This document shows positions 35,241 through 48,800 of a DNA stretch of 64,000 nucleotides, piece by piece. Within the stretch, counting starts at the first letter, position 1; each line of letters begins with the position of its first letter. Source of the stretch: Tubulanus polymorphus (lineage: Eukaryota > Animalia > Nemertea); the NCBI RefSeq assembly GCF_964204645.1, contig NC_134026.1, positions 19,440,150 through 19,504,149 of the forward strand. The letters run 5' to 3'. The position numbers were made by a program, and so were the translations under genes. A model generated the notes under the pieces. It saw only the letters and a program-made list of their open reading frames with translations. It was not told the DNA's origin and searched no databases.

Positions 35241-36040
35241 GTTACATTACATTTATTCTTTATTGCTCCAAATTGTACATAATTTTTCGAGCACAAAAAC
35301 AACAGTAATATACATAGGAATAAAAGTTACATACTTCTGCATAATATTTCAACATAACTGCAAGTTTTCTTATCACATTTCTATCATTTGTATTGAATAA
35401 TTTCCTAAATTTGTGAGTAGTTGGGTTTACTGTGAAAAATTCGGGTATATACGCATTTCGCAAGTTCAAAAAGTAATTGCATTCCAAAACAATGGAATTC
35501 GTCACCAATTTTGTTTAGGTTACATTTGGTACATAAGCGATCGCCCCTTGGTATGTTTTGGTATCTACCAGTTTCAATAGGTAGCGGGTGATTAGAGCAT
35601 CTAAATCGGATAAGAGCCGAACGTAAATCCATTGGTAGGTTAAGTAAAAATGGCTCTGCTCCCCATTCTAATTTAATGCTACGGTAAGTGTCTAGTTTTG
35701 AGTAATATTCGAGAGATTGATGCCAATTTTGTTTAAAACCATCCTGTAGTCGTTGTTTCACTAACTCCGTTAGATATCGAATGTTTGGGAAGGACTACTC
35801 GTACCAAATGTAACCTAGGCCAGAATTTTCTAACGTTGATTTTACGCATGATATCCATTTACTACTATTGCCATTAACATGATTATCTAGCAAAACTCTA
35901 TACATTTTCCCAGAGTGAGACGACTCCTGCATGATGAGATGGCCCCAAAATTTAACCATTTTTATTCTTATTTGATTTTGAATAGGGAATCGCCCTAGCT
36001 CAACATATACCATTGCGCTTGGTGTAGCGCGTTTCAGCTT
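35241..36040 (-). mobile_element. 5'-truncated degenerate LINE (CR1/L2 group, Crack/Daphne-like) ORF2 C-terminus
   Basis: TPSAMVYVELGRFP, RFRCSNHPLPIETGRY, CTKC...GDEFH..LEC; one stop and one frameshift; AATAAA plus a short repeat tail. Confidence 0.85.
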
Positions 36041-36059
36041 CGTGCATTCCCTAAATTCG

Positions 36060-37127
36060 CGGACACTGATTAGCTATGTTACTGTAGAATGACCTGTGTT
36101 AGTGGGCTTAAATTAGGACTTTGCAGTGGCCTTGCGATCCATTCTTATTTAACGACTAAAACCTGTGTTGCATTTGGGGTTTCAAACAGAATAAAAGCCA
36201 CGATAACCATCGCAATCATACTTGTTGCCTTGACAACAGATCGTCGGCCGCTTTTTTGGTGCGGTGTCTGCCCCATGTCACGTCAAATGAAATATGTGAC
36301 GAGAAAAATCATAAGGATTGAATATTTTACGACAAGACAAGTGAACGGTAAAATAAAACCGAATAGCGCCATCGACATCAGGAAAACGATTCCTTCCATG
36401 GGCTCGTATGTATAGAAATATGACTGATGGAAAACATAAGTGCATGACATTGAGTACATGTAATACGCTTTTCTGTACATAAATACGTAAAAACTTCCAC
36501 AAGTGACAGTGACGTATAACATATTGCGGCACGTGGCAAATATATCTTGGTAAGCCATAGTCCAGATTTTAGGGGGAAGTAGACTGCAAGTAGACGCTCA
36601 AGACTCAAAAACACTATCAAAGTTTCTAGTAACAACCATGAAAATATGTTGCAAATGTGTTAATACATTAACCTCTGGTAGATAGCTCTTCCGATCTCTG
36701 TACTTGTAATATTCTCCGAATCTCCAATACCCCCACAGTACCCCGCAGAGCAACGGCATCGAGACGAGTAGAAACAAAGCATCAGCGACGGATAGCAGGT
36801 ACTTGTAATATTCTCCGAATCTCCAATACCCCCACAGTACCCCGCAGAGCAACGGCATCGAGACGAGTAGAAACAAAGCATCAGCGACGGATAGCATTTT
36901 TAGAACGTAATAACCGGAATTGAACGGCAACTTTCGCAAAACGCAGTAGCAAACCATATTCAAAACGAATCCGACAAACTCTATCGGTAAACCTACAATA
37001 TTGTCTCGTATCATTATGTACTCTGTCGAACTGCGAATTTTACAGTCGTGGTAAGGATCTGGAGTCGTGGCGATGGTTGTAGTTGCATTTATGGTAGCCA
37101 AAAGTAGTTGCACAGCGTAAACATCAT
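36060..37127 (-). pseudogene. Intronless rhodopsin-class peptide GPCR pseudogene
   Basis: TM1 GFVLN, TM2 LSVAD, TM3 SLERLLAVYFPL, TM5 FILPF, TM6 FILFETP. Frameshifts, stops, no recognisable TM4, and the 3' end abuts the LINE. Confidence 0.85.
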
Positions 37128-37769
37128 GTATTCACTTCATCGCACAGTAATCGTTTCACTTTATCACTTAGCAATTCAATTGGCCTAGGAAGATATTCAG
37201 AAACGTACGTTATTTCAACGCGTAACACTTAAAAGCTAGAGAGAGAGGAGAAAACTATTTTGCACGCATTGAACTACCACGTATTACAGAGGACTCGAAA
37301 GGACAGCCAGCAATGATTTTAGAAGTCTCCTATGACGACACTGACGGAATCATTTCAGGGAATCCAGAGGATGGGCAAAATTGACACTCATATTTCAATC
37401 ATCTATTTGTAACATGAATCTAATCCGAATATTTCTTAATTCCCAACAAGTTCATAATTTTTCCCATCAAAAGTCATGTGCAAATGTGTACAACTACGTT
37501 TAACATTAAATTGAATTGCAAAGTTTGTCAATCGAGAGACAAAATCACAATTATCCTACTTGGAATATATGGTGGTGGGAATTCTGCGGCGTAGGGGCCA
37601 CTAAAATATTAAAATGGGGGAAGTTACGGTCATCTCGGAAGAGTCGAAATATCCAAATATGGGAAGGCGTAAACTTTTTCGGCTTAAGACACCAATTATT
37701 TTTGGCCTTCCAATTTTTCTAGATCCCCAGTTTTTGGTTTTGACCCATCAGTACTAGCCAACAGCTTAA

Positions 37770-37918
37770 GTAGACTCCGCCCAAGTTGTATCCAATCAAC
37801 TTGGATGAACGTTCAACTCGGATGTTTTCGTAAATATTTTTTTGTGACCAACTTGGATATTACTGAAGTTGGACACAATTTTACAGTCCTAAGAGATCTG
37901 ACTTGGGCAAAGTCTACT
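37770..37918. mobile_element. Short MITE
   Basis: TIR AGTAGACTCCGCCCAAGT / ACTTGGGCAAAGTCTACT. Confidence 0.55.
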
Positions 37919-39828
37919 GCACTACATTCTTGGATTTGATGCCTTAGCATGCCCATGGGGCCACTAGATAAATTAAGAATAAAGAAGCTCTCTAAACACA
38001 GCAGAGCTATGTAAGCCTATATCAACATCAACTCTTAATTCAATAAAGAGATAAACACATAAAATAAGAAACTTATACCTTTAAAATGTATATACCCTAT
38101 AAATTTATTCAATTTATAACAACTAAATATATATCTATGTATATATATATACCTGCTTAATCATATTTCTTAGGAAGAAAGACAAGCTCTTAGGCACTTA
38201 TCTGAGAACAGCATTACTGGTATCTAATAATATCAACTAAAACAGGCTAAGCCTTTGTATACGTAACATCATTGAGATAAGTACATTGAAAAATACATCA
38301 CTGAGATAAGTACATTGAAATACATGAATAAGTAGGCCACACAAATGTTGTATTATGTATATCAGATCTACGTACACTTAAAATATAAAGCACATGCACA
38401 AAAATTCCACTACATACATAATAATAATGATACACATAGTGGAAATACAATATCTGCCTTCTTTGGTAGCGTTCGGCGTGTATATATTTCTGGGTTGAGG
38501 ATCAGGGATTCCAGCTGAATTTCCATTAGCCAAAACTCCATTAGTATCGTCATACTCGCTAGTTCGGATACTGAATTGAATAGCCTACTCGGTTATATTT
38601 GTAACACCGAACAAATTATAAGCGAAAATACGATACCTAATCGAATGAAATGCTCACCATTTTGTTTTGGGTTCCACATTGGGCTTACCCAATTACATCA
38701 GAAGCGCCGAAATTCCCGGATACTCACATATATCCCACCAACAGCCAATCACATTCATTGTAGCTCAGGTAACAAGGTCAACTCAGATAAATAGAAGCGA
38801 GGAAATTTAGGGGGTTAATAAAGAGAGGGCCTGTAGGTCAAAAAGCACATTGAAATGAGTCGCACAAAAAACGGCAACACTTCCAGGAAGGATTGAACTT
38901 TTATATATTTCAATTCCAAGTATGCAAATTCTCATATGTGAAAACGTGCCATCACTTAGTGCTAAAAAGCAGGGTTTTTACGTGTTTTTCAAGAATAAGT
39001 CCCCTAATAATAACTCGATCGCTATGAAATTTTTGTGGGCTCGAGAACACGTTAAGCCACAAAATGACACAAAACATCAACACTATTGGTTCAATAGCCA
39101 ATGTTTGTGCCTTGTTGACACACCGGTACTCTATTCATTTTCAATGAAAACTGCTTCACCAGACCGTTTGCATAGGCAAACCTACGGTTCGCAAAAACCG
39201 ATGGAATTGTTGTCTGAGGTTCACAGCAGTAGTCAATACAATGGCAATGATTAATAGGAGCAGAGAAACAAGGATGGGATATTGAGCAGAGAAACAATGG
39301 GATGTATCCACGATGCATAACTGAAGAAAATTAACATTTAATACAAAATTGTCAGAATGAAATATAACTTGTATAATATAAATAACAGACAAACCCTAGT
39401 TACTAAGGCCTAGAAATGAAAGTAAATGCTGCATCCTAAGTACACACATTTAGACTAAAAATGACATAGTGAATGCAAACAGTATATAAATACAATAGAT
39501 TAACTCCATTTATTACAGTTGACCTCAAACATCGGAATAAGTCATGTGTATTATATAATTCATTCTACTAAGTGTAAGTCATTTGGACAAGTTGGCAACA
39601 TCATGATGTTCCAAGGCTAAAAGTGGTACCTTGTTTCTCCTATCTGCTGAGCTGTCCCAGTCGGCCGCCTATCAGCCCTGTAGATTACTTATTTAAAAAA
39701 TCAAGATCCGGCTAATCATAAAAGAATTCTCTTGCGGTTAACAAAAATCTTGAGCCTAACATAACTGATGGTCAACTGTATCTTCATAATTCAAAACTCT
39801 CCCACACAGTATCTCATCTGAGTACATA

Positions 39829-42800
39829 TCACGAAAATGTATCGGCCTTCTTTTGTTTGTCTAAACTCACTGGTAGAAACAGATCACAGAAAATACATAT
39901 TGCGAAACATATGCTCAGCATTACGAATGCAAAGTTCACGTCGAAAGGATATCCGAGATTCACTCCGCTTGAGATCGACCATGCAAACATACTACCACTG
40001 AACAATGGCCCCAAACCCCTGAAATGAAAATGGAAATTTACGTAGATATACTGGTACTAGCCATAAACATCAAAGGGTCCGTAAGTTTCCATAGACAAGT
40101 GAGTGTCTGATATTTAACGAAGTAAAAATCCACAATATAATGAAACAGCAGCCTGTTGGCTGATATATCTCTGCCGCGTGTTGTTCATTTCATCATTCTT
40201 CATTTATCTAAATGCCCCAGGTTCCACGAGAAGGACTAGTAAAAGTTCCTATACTAGAGCAACTCCTGGAGGTCGAATCCCAAAACAAGGGTTGTATATG
40301 GGCCGAAGCAGAGCTGAAAGTTTTGATCCAATTCTATGGGCTATTTTCAAAAAATGAAGAAAAAGTTTTTGAAAATGGCTCATAGAATCAGGTCAAAACG
40401 TCAAATTCTCATTTAGTTTTTTCATTACATTGTGGATTTGTACTTCAACAAAGGGTCCGTCCAAATCAAATACAGTAAAAAATGTACCGTGATTTCCTAC
40501 TCATTTGAAGTGCCCTAAACAACATGAGGCTTGATATTTATTACCAATATACTTCAACCAAATGAAAATCCAGATCCACTGATAGGATGAAGCAAGTAAC
40601 CAATATGAAAACACTCCTGTCAGCTCCGCCAGAACAATGAATGATCAAATATACATTTTGACAAGAGAAATTTCGAGAATACCAGACTAAGGCAATTTGC
40701 AGAATCATGTCAAGTAACCCCCAGTTGCTTACCTTCCACAAGAAGACAACATAAGTGATAAGCCATTTATAGCTCCAGCCATTGCAGGGCTGCAACAGTT
40801 ATTCACGAAGATCGATGCCGCCGAAAAACAGCAAGCGCTTGCGATTTTTATAACACCAACGATGGAAACCAATAATACCCACAGCAAGACAGTTCTAAAA
40901 TATTGCAAAAAAAAGTTTTTCTTAACCCTCTCAGTGCTGACTTATTAATAGCCTATAGTGCTGGAGATAATTTGAAAATTTTGAATAATTCCACCCTAGT
41001 ACGTTGAACAACGGGAATACCACTATAGTGCGTCTACACCGCAGCGTGATGTATCATTAGTTACTATTATTTCAGTATGTTTGACATGAACTGCCATCTT
41101 TCAAGAGAGATAATTACTAATTACTTATTACATCAATACACCGCAATGCGGTGTACTAGCAAAGATCCATCACTGATTCATACACCGCACTGCGGTGTAG
41201 ATGCACTGAAAGGGTTGATATGCAGATTAGTATTGCCGCTCAAGTCAGGTCTTTTCGGAAAGTGAAAATTAATGTTCGAATTGATCTGAGTTGGCTGTAA
41301 CCGTATATGATTCATGTCGGGTGAAAAAAGTATTGCAAAAACACGCGAGCTAAACGATTGCATCAAGTTGATTGGATGCCTTCTTGAGTGGAGTCTACTG
41401 TAGTATATAGATGCATGGGCTAATTTGGTCCTTTCGTCTTCATTCAGCACATTCTGCGTTGCACCGCTCAAGATTTCTCATATAATTATGCGCTACATAT
41501 AATTTTAGATTTAGTTAGTCGACTTCAGCAAATTATATGGCTCATAATCACAACTGATCCCCAACTGGTACCTGACAGTAGATGCAGCAACACTTCAACT
41601 ACTGACAAAATGTGAGCTTTTTTTAATAGTAAACTCATTATCAAGATTCTTGTAGCACCAACCCAACAAAGGCATGTCATACTCACTGATCTTCTATGAG
41701 ATGAGTTATTGGCAGTAGCGCTGTCATGATCATCACCGTAACACAGGAAACGAGGAAAGTCTGAAAAATAGCAGTGTATATATTTTGGTTACTTATCCAT
41801 TTAGAAATTGTGGGTTTTGATATAAAATATGTACAATTTTGTAAGCGGTAGATCAATAATGAAAGTAAACTGGTAACAGCAAAAATACAGCATGTATCTA
41901 AAGACACAGCTTTTGACCGCTTAGTTCGATACATAAAAACTTTAATTCGGGAACAAGAAATGAGCTACCTAACCCTTATCTTGAAAAGATAATTTATGGA
42001 AGCATCCTGGATACATATTTGTAGAAAAAATTTCGAAGTTAGGCTAAAAAAATTTGATACCTTGTTTCTCCTTTCTGCTGAGCTTATCTACGCTGTACAT
42101 AAACTTTTTATTATACTAGGAGTCCGGGCACACCATGCCCACTTGGAAAGTTTCCGACATACTATTAACTTTTAAATAACAGACCATTTAAGATACAGTA
42201 CCTTTCTGGCACCAATTCTGCGTTCCAACAGTGCAAACAAAAACAGCTGTATAATCAATACAGGTGGGGACATTATTCCAAGCACCGATCCAATATCATT
42301 TGTATCGAAGCCAAGTCCATCTAGAAAATTTCAAGAAATTTATGAAAAGTTATAATTGGTCCATTTTGGACGAACAGGATATTTGGGTTTCATCCACTTG
42401 TTATTTGACTGACTTTACAATATTCACAAACGCATGTACATGTATGTAACGCGTATTCGAGATTGTGGCAAGTACGAAGTAAGTAAATATTCAAACCTAA
42501 ATGAGTTGCGGTGGATGCCCAAATTGGAAAAACTTCATCAATAGCAGTTACTGTAGCAGCCATGATTGTGTAGAGAGTCACTGTTATTCTAATTTCACTG
42601 CGCCTATAATTGAAGCAGTTATAGAAATTGCCAGGCATTAGTCCTGATATTCCACGTACACGCATACCAGTATAATCTTAACATATTTCATAATTCAAGT
42701 TTCTCCCATCAAACATGTTTTGACAGAAAATACCTAGAATGTGGCAACGCCACGGATGTCTCCATTGCAGGTAAGCCAACAATAAAGGGGCAAGAAATTG

Positions 42801-45800
42801 AAGACAGGTAACAACAATGTTGCAAACTTCATGAACAGCAGAGTTTACTTAATTGTTCATTGACTTAGTAAGAATTATTGGTTAAAGTCAAACACAGATA
42901 AATCTGTCTTTACTCTCGCGTCTTACTAAAATACCTACGTGATTATCATATAAAATGCACTATTCTTGAATTTCTTCAAACCAGATTCATTTTTGTCGGA
43001 TGAAACGTCGCTGCAGTCACCGCTCTGAACTTTATATTTAACGTCTTTCAAACATACGGCACATGTTCTTGTTTCTGTAGTACCGGTAGAAGGCATCAAG
43101 AGATTCACGCTTTCCGGGGTTCCCATACCGTTTACGCCAAATGATAGATCCGGTGCGCTGAACGACATTTTACGATCGTTTTGCAAACTGTGAGCAGGAT
43201 GGCGTTTATGCGCTTGGTCGAGGTTGTGAGCAGATCGGCACCACGAATTCGTTGTCACGGCCGACGGAGCCTTGCCGTAGGTCTCGTAAAACATGTTCAA
43301 CGTTTCGCAACTTCTTAAGTATTGATTGATATGAAGTTGGGATTGTAATATCCGACACTTTTCGCATAGATCGCGACCATTTTCCATTTCAAATGATCTG
43401 AAAATAGATGACGCATCACATTAGACGCATTGGTGAATAGGAAAAGCATCATTGAATTGGAATCAGCATGATTCCATTTACAGTAACGTACGTACACTCA
43501 GTCTTATTCAGTAGGATCGGGACTGTGAATACAGTCGATCAGATACCTGAAACTTAATTCATAATCAGGTTTTCGAAATATTTCTTGGGAAAAATAGAGA
43601 CGACTTGAGCATTTTACCAGAACCGAGTAAGGCAATGGAGTCTACTCTAGATGATTATTTCAAAAATTCAGCTTTCGTTTCCAAAATGCTGTGCACCCAG
43701 GAAAAAACCTTTTGCGATAAATTCTGCATAAACTATACCGTCATATGTGATTTTATTTTATGTAGAGTTAATTTGATGTTAGTTACGATGGGTAAAACAT
43801 GAAAGTCAGACGTGTAAAACATGAAAGTTTGATAGGTAAATTTGATTTTTCATTTTGACAGTGTATATCTATGCCTATTAAGAGAAGGCTATTGACAAGT
43901 TCCCCTTTCGCAGTTGGTAACAATGTACATGTATGAACAAAGTTCAAAGCATATTTCACAGGATAGCAACATTGTGGAAGTAATTCTAAATCAATTACCG
44001 ACTCAGACACTCACTTGTTTTTCTGACGAGTTTCGGTTAAATGCATCACAGCGTGAATGATGGCGACAATATACAGGACGAACACTGGCAAACATGGTAG
44101 GATGAACGGGAACTGTGAGAAGAAACCTTCCGCTGCGAACGTATTTGGGTATTTCTCGACGGGCTGGGCTAAAAACCCTGTGAAAAGTGCATAGCATAAC
44201 TATCAAAGGAATATTAACACATAAATTTTAATACTGGGTGAAGGTAGCTATTTTTTTGATCTTCCTGATTCTCCCTTTTTTTCGATCTTTCTGAAGGTAT
44301 GTATTAACTAGTGGGAACTGTACTTCGAATTTCGTTTTAGAGCTGATGGTTGCAGTGAGCGTGAATGAATTAAACAGGGGACACACCGGGTAATTTCTCC
44401 GGGCAATTTAGCGGCACATTTGGATCATCTGTAAAATCATTGGCACTTGAAGAACGCCTTTAGTGATTTAGTAGGCCGACTGAATCGCCAATGATTTTTT
44501 TAAGGATTGGGCAAGCACCCAGATATTTCACAACACCCGTGCGTATCGTAGGCACCCAATAGTGTTGCTTAAGAGCGTCTCTCGGCAATCAAATTGCTGA
44601 GAAAAACCATTGCAGACTGAGTCGCGTTGATGATCGCTTTGTATGTCCGTGCCTTGATGGGCACTCACAGAGGGGATTATATACAGAAGGCCAACCAGTC
44701 AATGCCAATAGAGCTAGTTATTACTGGGTTCTAATGAGTTTCCCAATTTAATTTAATTTACTAATTTAATTTAATTTTCCATAACTTCCCATTCATCTAA
44801 GTTACACATTGCAAACCTAGAACTGGCATATAGGCCCATTCAAACTAAACAAGTGCCATCGACAAAGGATTTTCATGAAGTTTGTTATCAAATGTATAGT
44901 TAGACATTAAGGCAAATAGCCTTAAATTGAAAAGAGGAGGAAAATTTTATTTTGAGTCTGAAAAAATGTCCCATTTTCCAAAACTTCCCAAAACCGCTAT
45001 AAGGAACCCCGTTATTTTAAACGATATAGGGCATGATAGGGCACTTAGCATAAACGATTTTTTGCATTTATGGGGTATGGAATATGTCACTCAGGCTATT
45101 GAGGTATGAATCAAACCTGAAACTGTAGGTCCAACCATTTTTCCAGATCCAAATCCGAGTACCATCATGGAAATATAAGCGCCTTGATTCGAGTTGTCCG
45201 ACAACTCTAAAACAACCGCCTTCGTCGGTCCGATCACTCCTGTAAGAAAATCATTCCTAGATTATAATTCTTTTAGAATAATCGCAGTCTCACCGCAATA
45301 AACTGATTGTAAAAACAAAAGCCACAATCACATGAAGAAAGATGCTGAGCTAATGTTTCTCGAAGAGTAGAATTGTTGATAATTGTTCAAAAGTTTTTTT
45401 AAAAGGATTCGAAGCTGATGACATGGATTCGCTCTGCAATCGTACATGGACTCCGGCTAAAGAAGCTATTCAAGCTTGTTAAATCATTGACTTAATGATC
45501 CATAGGTTTGTTAGGCAGCATTTCTTACTAGTGGTTTCCATGAAGATGCGGAAGAGGCAGAAAATTTGAATCTTGTGACAATTTCTTGTGGCTGACATGA
45601 GATATGTCATAACTGGAGATTGTATCAGGCTAATAGAGGGAGTGCCTACGTCATATTGGTTTGCGGACACAATAAGTGATTTACATGAGACACTAAAGGT
45701 TTGTAAATACTGGAGCTGCAGTTGCTTAAACCTCGGTTAAAGATAACTGACAGAAAAATACTGTAGTAACAATGAACTTTTAACTGTCACAAGTAAACTA

Positions 45801-48800
45801 TCCACTGGCTAACTCTAACCAACTACTTTTAATCAACTGTCAGAAACCCATCCGCCCATCTTCAAAGTATTCATCTAAATGATATGTTCCATTAGCCGGA
45901 ATCCATTACACAACAAACTTGATACCATCATATTCGAATCCGTGATTGAGAAAGCTTTAAGCATAACTAAGTTACCAAAGCTTAATCCGAATAAACATCG
46001 GTTGACGATAGCCGTGACCATATTTGGACAGAGTCCAAACGTCACAGTCGTCAACGACTGTAGAGCAAGAGTGATGAGTATGACGGGACGTCGACCAACT
46101 TTATCAGATAACCAACCCCAGAAATAACTGAAAATATGAAGCCAATACATGTGTTACATACAAATATTTTGTCCTTATTATAGATCTGAGAAATAACTGG
46201 CACAACTCCCCAATCCGATTTGATTAACCATTAACCCGCCACAGGCTATAACTGTTGACGCTTGAAGTTGTCCATAAGCCCAACTAATTTTCATAATCCC
46301 ATTTTCATTTAATATACCATTTTCTTACTCCAATTCATGTCACCCCATCTGCCCTGAAGTTCACTTTCCTCGGAAAAAATTCATTGGGCCCGTTAGATTC
46401 AAGGCACGCAGTCTACATTGGACTAAGGATTCTCAAATCTCATACACGATATGATTCTTAATTTCAAGTATAAAGTTCTAAATTTCCCTCCAGCACATTA
46501 AGGCCTAAATCCTCAATATTCTCTCCCATCAGGTCTATCCAACAGGTTCTAGCCTACGGGGTCAAGGTCCCGAAGAATAAAGCTACCACCATTATATGGC
46601 TGCAAGCTTGTAAGACGATGAAAACAACAAAGCTCTAATTAAATCAAGATATCCTTAGACCGTAGAAGAAAACTTCCATTTCCAACTCCAATTCTGCATC
46701 ATCAGGGATGAACTGAACTAGTATCGCAGTACAGAATACTAGCTTAACCTTTCATGACTGACTTATTAATACCCGAAAGTGTTGGAGATAATATGAAATC
46801 TCAATTAAATTCCACCCAGTGTGTTAAATAATGGGCATACCGATGTAGTGTATCTACACCATGGTGCGGTGTATCACTAGTTCCAAATATTTCAGTATCT
46901 TTGACCTTGGTGTTACCATCTTTCAATAGAGATAACAAGAAAATTAATTTTAGAAAATTATTTGACGCCTGCGAAAAAAATGTATAATTTCTGAGCTAAG
47001 CTAATGTGGAATTGCAAATTTGAAATCGAAGTTTTAAGAAATTTGGGGAATGATGAGATTTGGCGATTGGGTAGATGATACAGCGGGTCTTCGACTCTAG
47101 TAGTGGTTTAAATTTTTTTATTGAAAATTCTCAATAATTGATCGCGAACTTGCGACTGACTTCATTTACTTATGCCCCTAAGCTGGTCTGCAACTTCATT
47201 GCCTCCATGGTTGAAGAACGAGCTCTTCTGATGTCTGCTTCATCATGACTTCGAGCATATCGTGTGGCCTAGCCAGCCGGCCCGGGCCACGGGTTTGGCT
47301 GTCACTCGATATCCTAGAGTCTTGAGTCTGGGTGGGTTGAAGTAGACATTGTCATTTAAAATAACATGCTTATGTTGTTCTGTATGAATTACCCGTGTGT
47401 CATGTATGTTGTATTAATTTATTTTGAAATTTGTATTTATTGAATTTGGGAATTTTATCCCGAAATTTCAATGTAATAAGGATCAATAAAGAATTGAATT
47501 GAATTGTCACCTAATACACATGCCATCAGAGGACGCGGAGCCGTATATGATAGCTATGCTATTATAAATTGCTAATCTCACGAAACCTGCATACTCCTAA
47601 TATCAAACATATTTTCTAAAACGTTTGAATATTGAAATTATATGTTTACACATTTTCATATTGACCGCTTTTAGTCGTTGATGAAATTCACGCCGGCCCT
47701 ACACACATCGTAGATAGCTTCGTCATTCCACCGGCATGCCCACGTCAGGGTCTGACTTTTATATCAGACTTCCAAATCGTGTATACATCCGCCGTTTAAC
47801 CGAATAATCCGATTTACTTATCATTTCTATTTATGCCTGCCGCTTCTGATATAATCATACATCCTTTACTATTACAATACGTCTTCTAATGATATTCAAT
47901 GCAATATAACATTTTGACGTTCAAATATAGGTCATTATATAATCACAGGAAGCCATTCTACATCTATGTCAATAATATTTTGCCAGATAGCTTGTTTGGG
48001 TACACATAGACCTGTGACGTTTTGCACATCGATTTACGGCTGTCGTTTGTAAAATGACGCTGAATGGTTAACATTGTTTAGGTTTCATAATGGTAACGTT
48101 TTATAAGGCGTCAAAAAACTAATTACTAATAACATCAATACACCGTGTTGCTGTGTACAAGCAAATTTCATCAACAATTTATACACCGCACTACGGTGTA
48201 GTTACATTGAAAGGGTAAATTAATTCATAATGATGGCAGAATTAGAATGAACGCCGAAATATTGAGTTCACAAATGAAATTTTCTTCTCTTATTGGAACA
48301 AGGCAGTTTGCGTGTATATTTTTTATATTGCAGCATTTTTCGATATGCCCTTAACCTTTTCATAATTTATTTTGCACAAAACGAGTGCTGAAGATTAGCG
48401 AACAAAACATACACACTGCACAGACACCGTCTTATTTACCTTGCAAAGATCCGTCCTCCGTACATTGCCGAGATCAGGATTCCAACATAGTAACCTTTAT
48501 CTTCTTCTTTGAAGCCAAAGTACTACATATTATGTAATATTTCAAAAATACCTAGTTAGTGAAAACGCTTCAACATTCTAGATCAAACGTATTGTCAGGG
48601 ACGAATATGTGTAAGGATGATAAGTGAATTCAGGTTCATTGTCAAAATTTCAGAAGTCTCAAATTGTAGTACAGTCAACCCACTTAATTGGGTTCGATTT
48701 AATCCAGACATAGGTAAAATATGATTTTTGATCCAGAATTAATTCATTGGAATGGTAAAATTTCTAGCAAAACTTGAAAACATTTCCGATTTCATTTATT

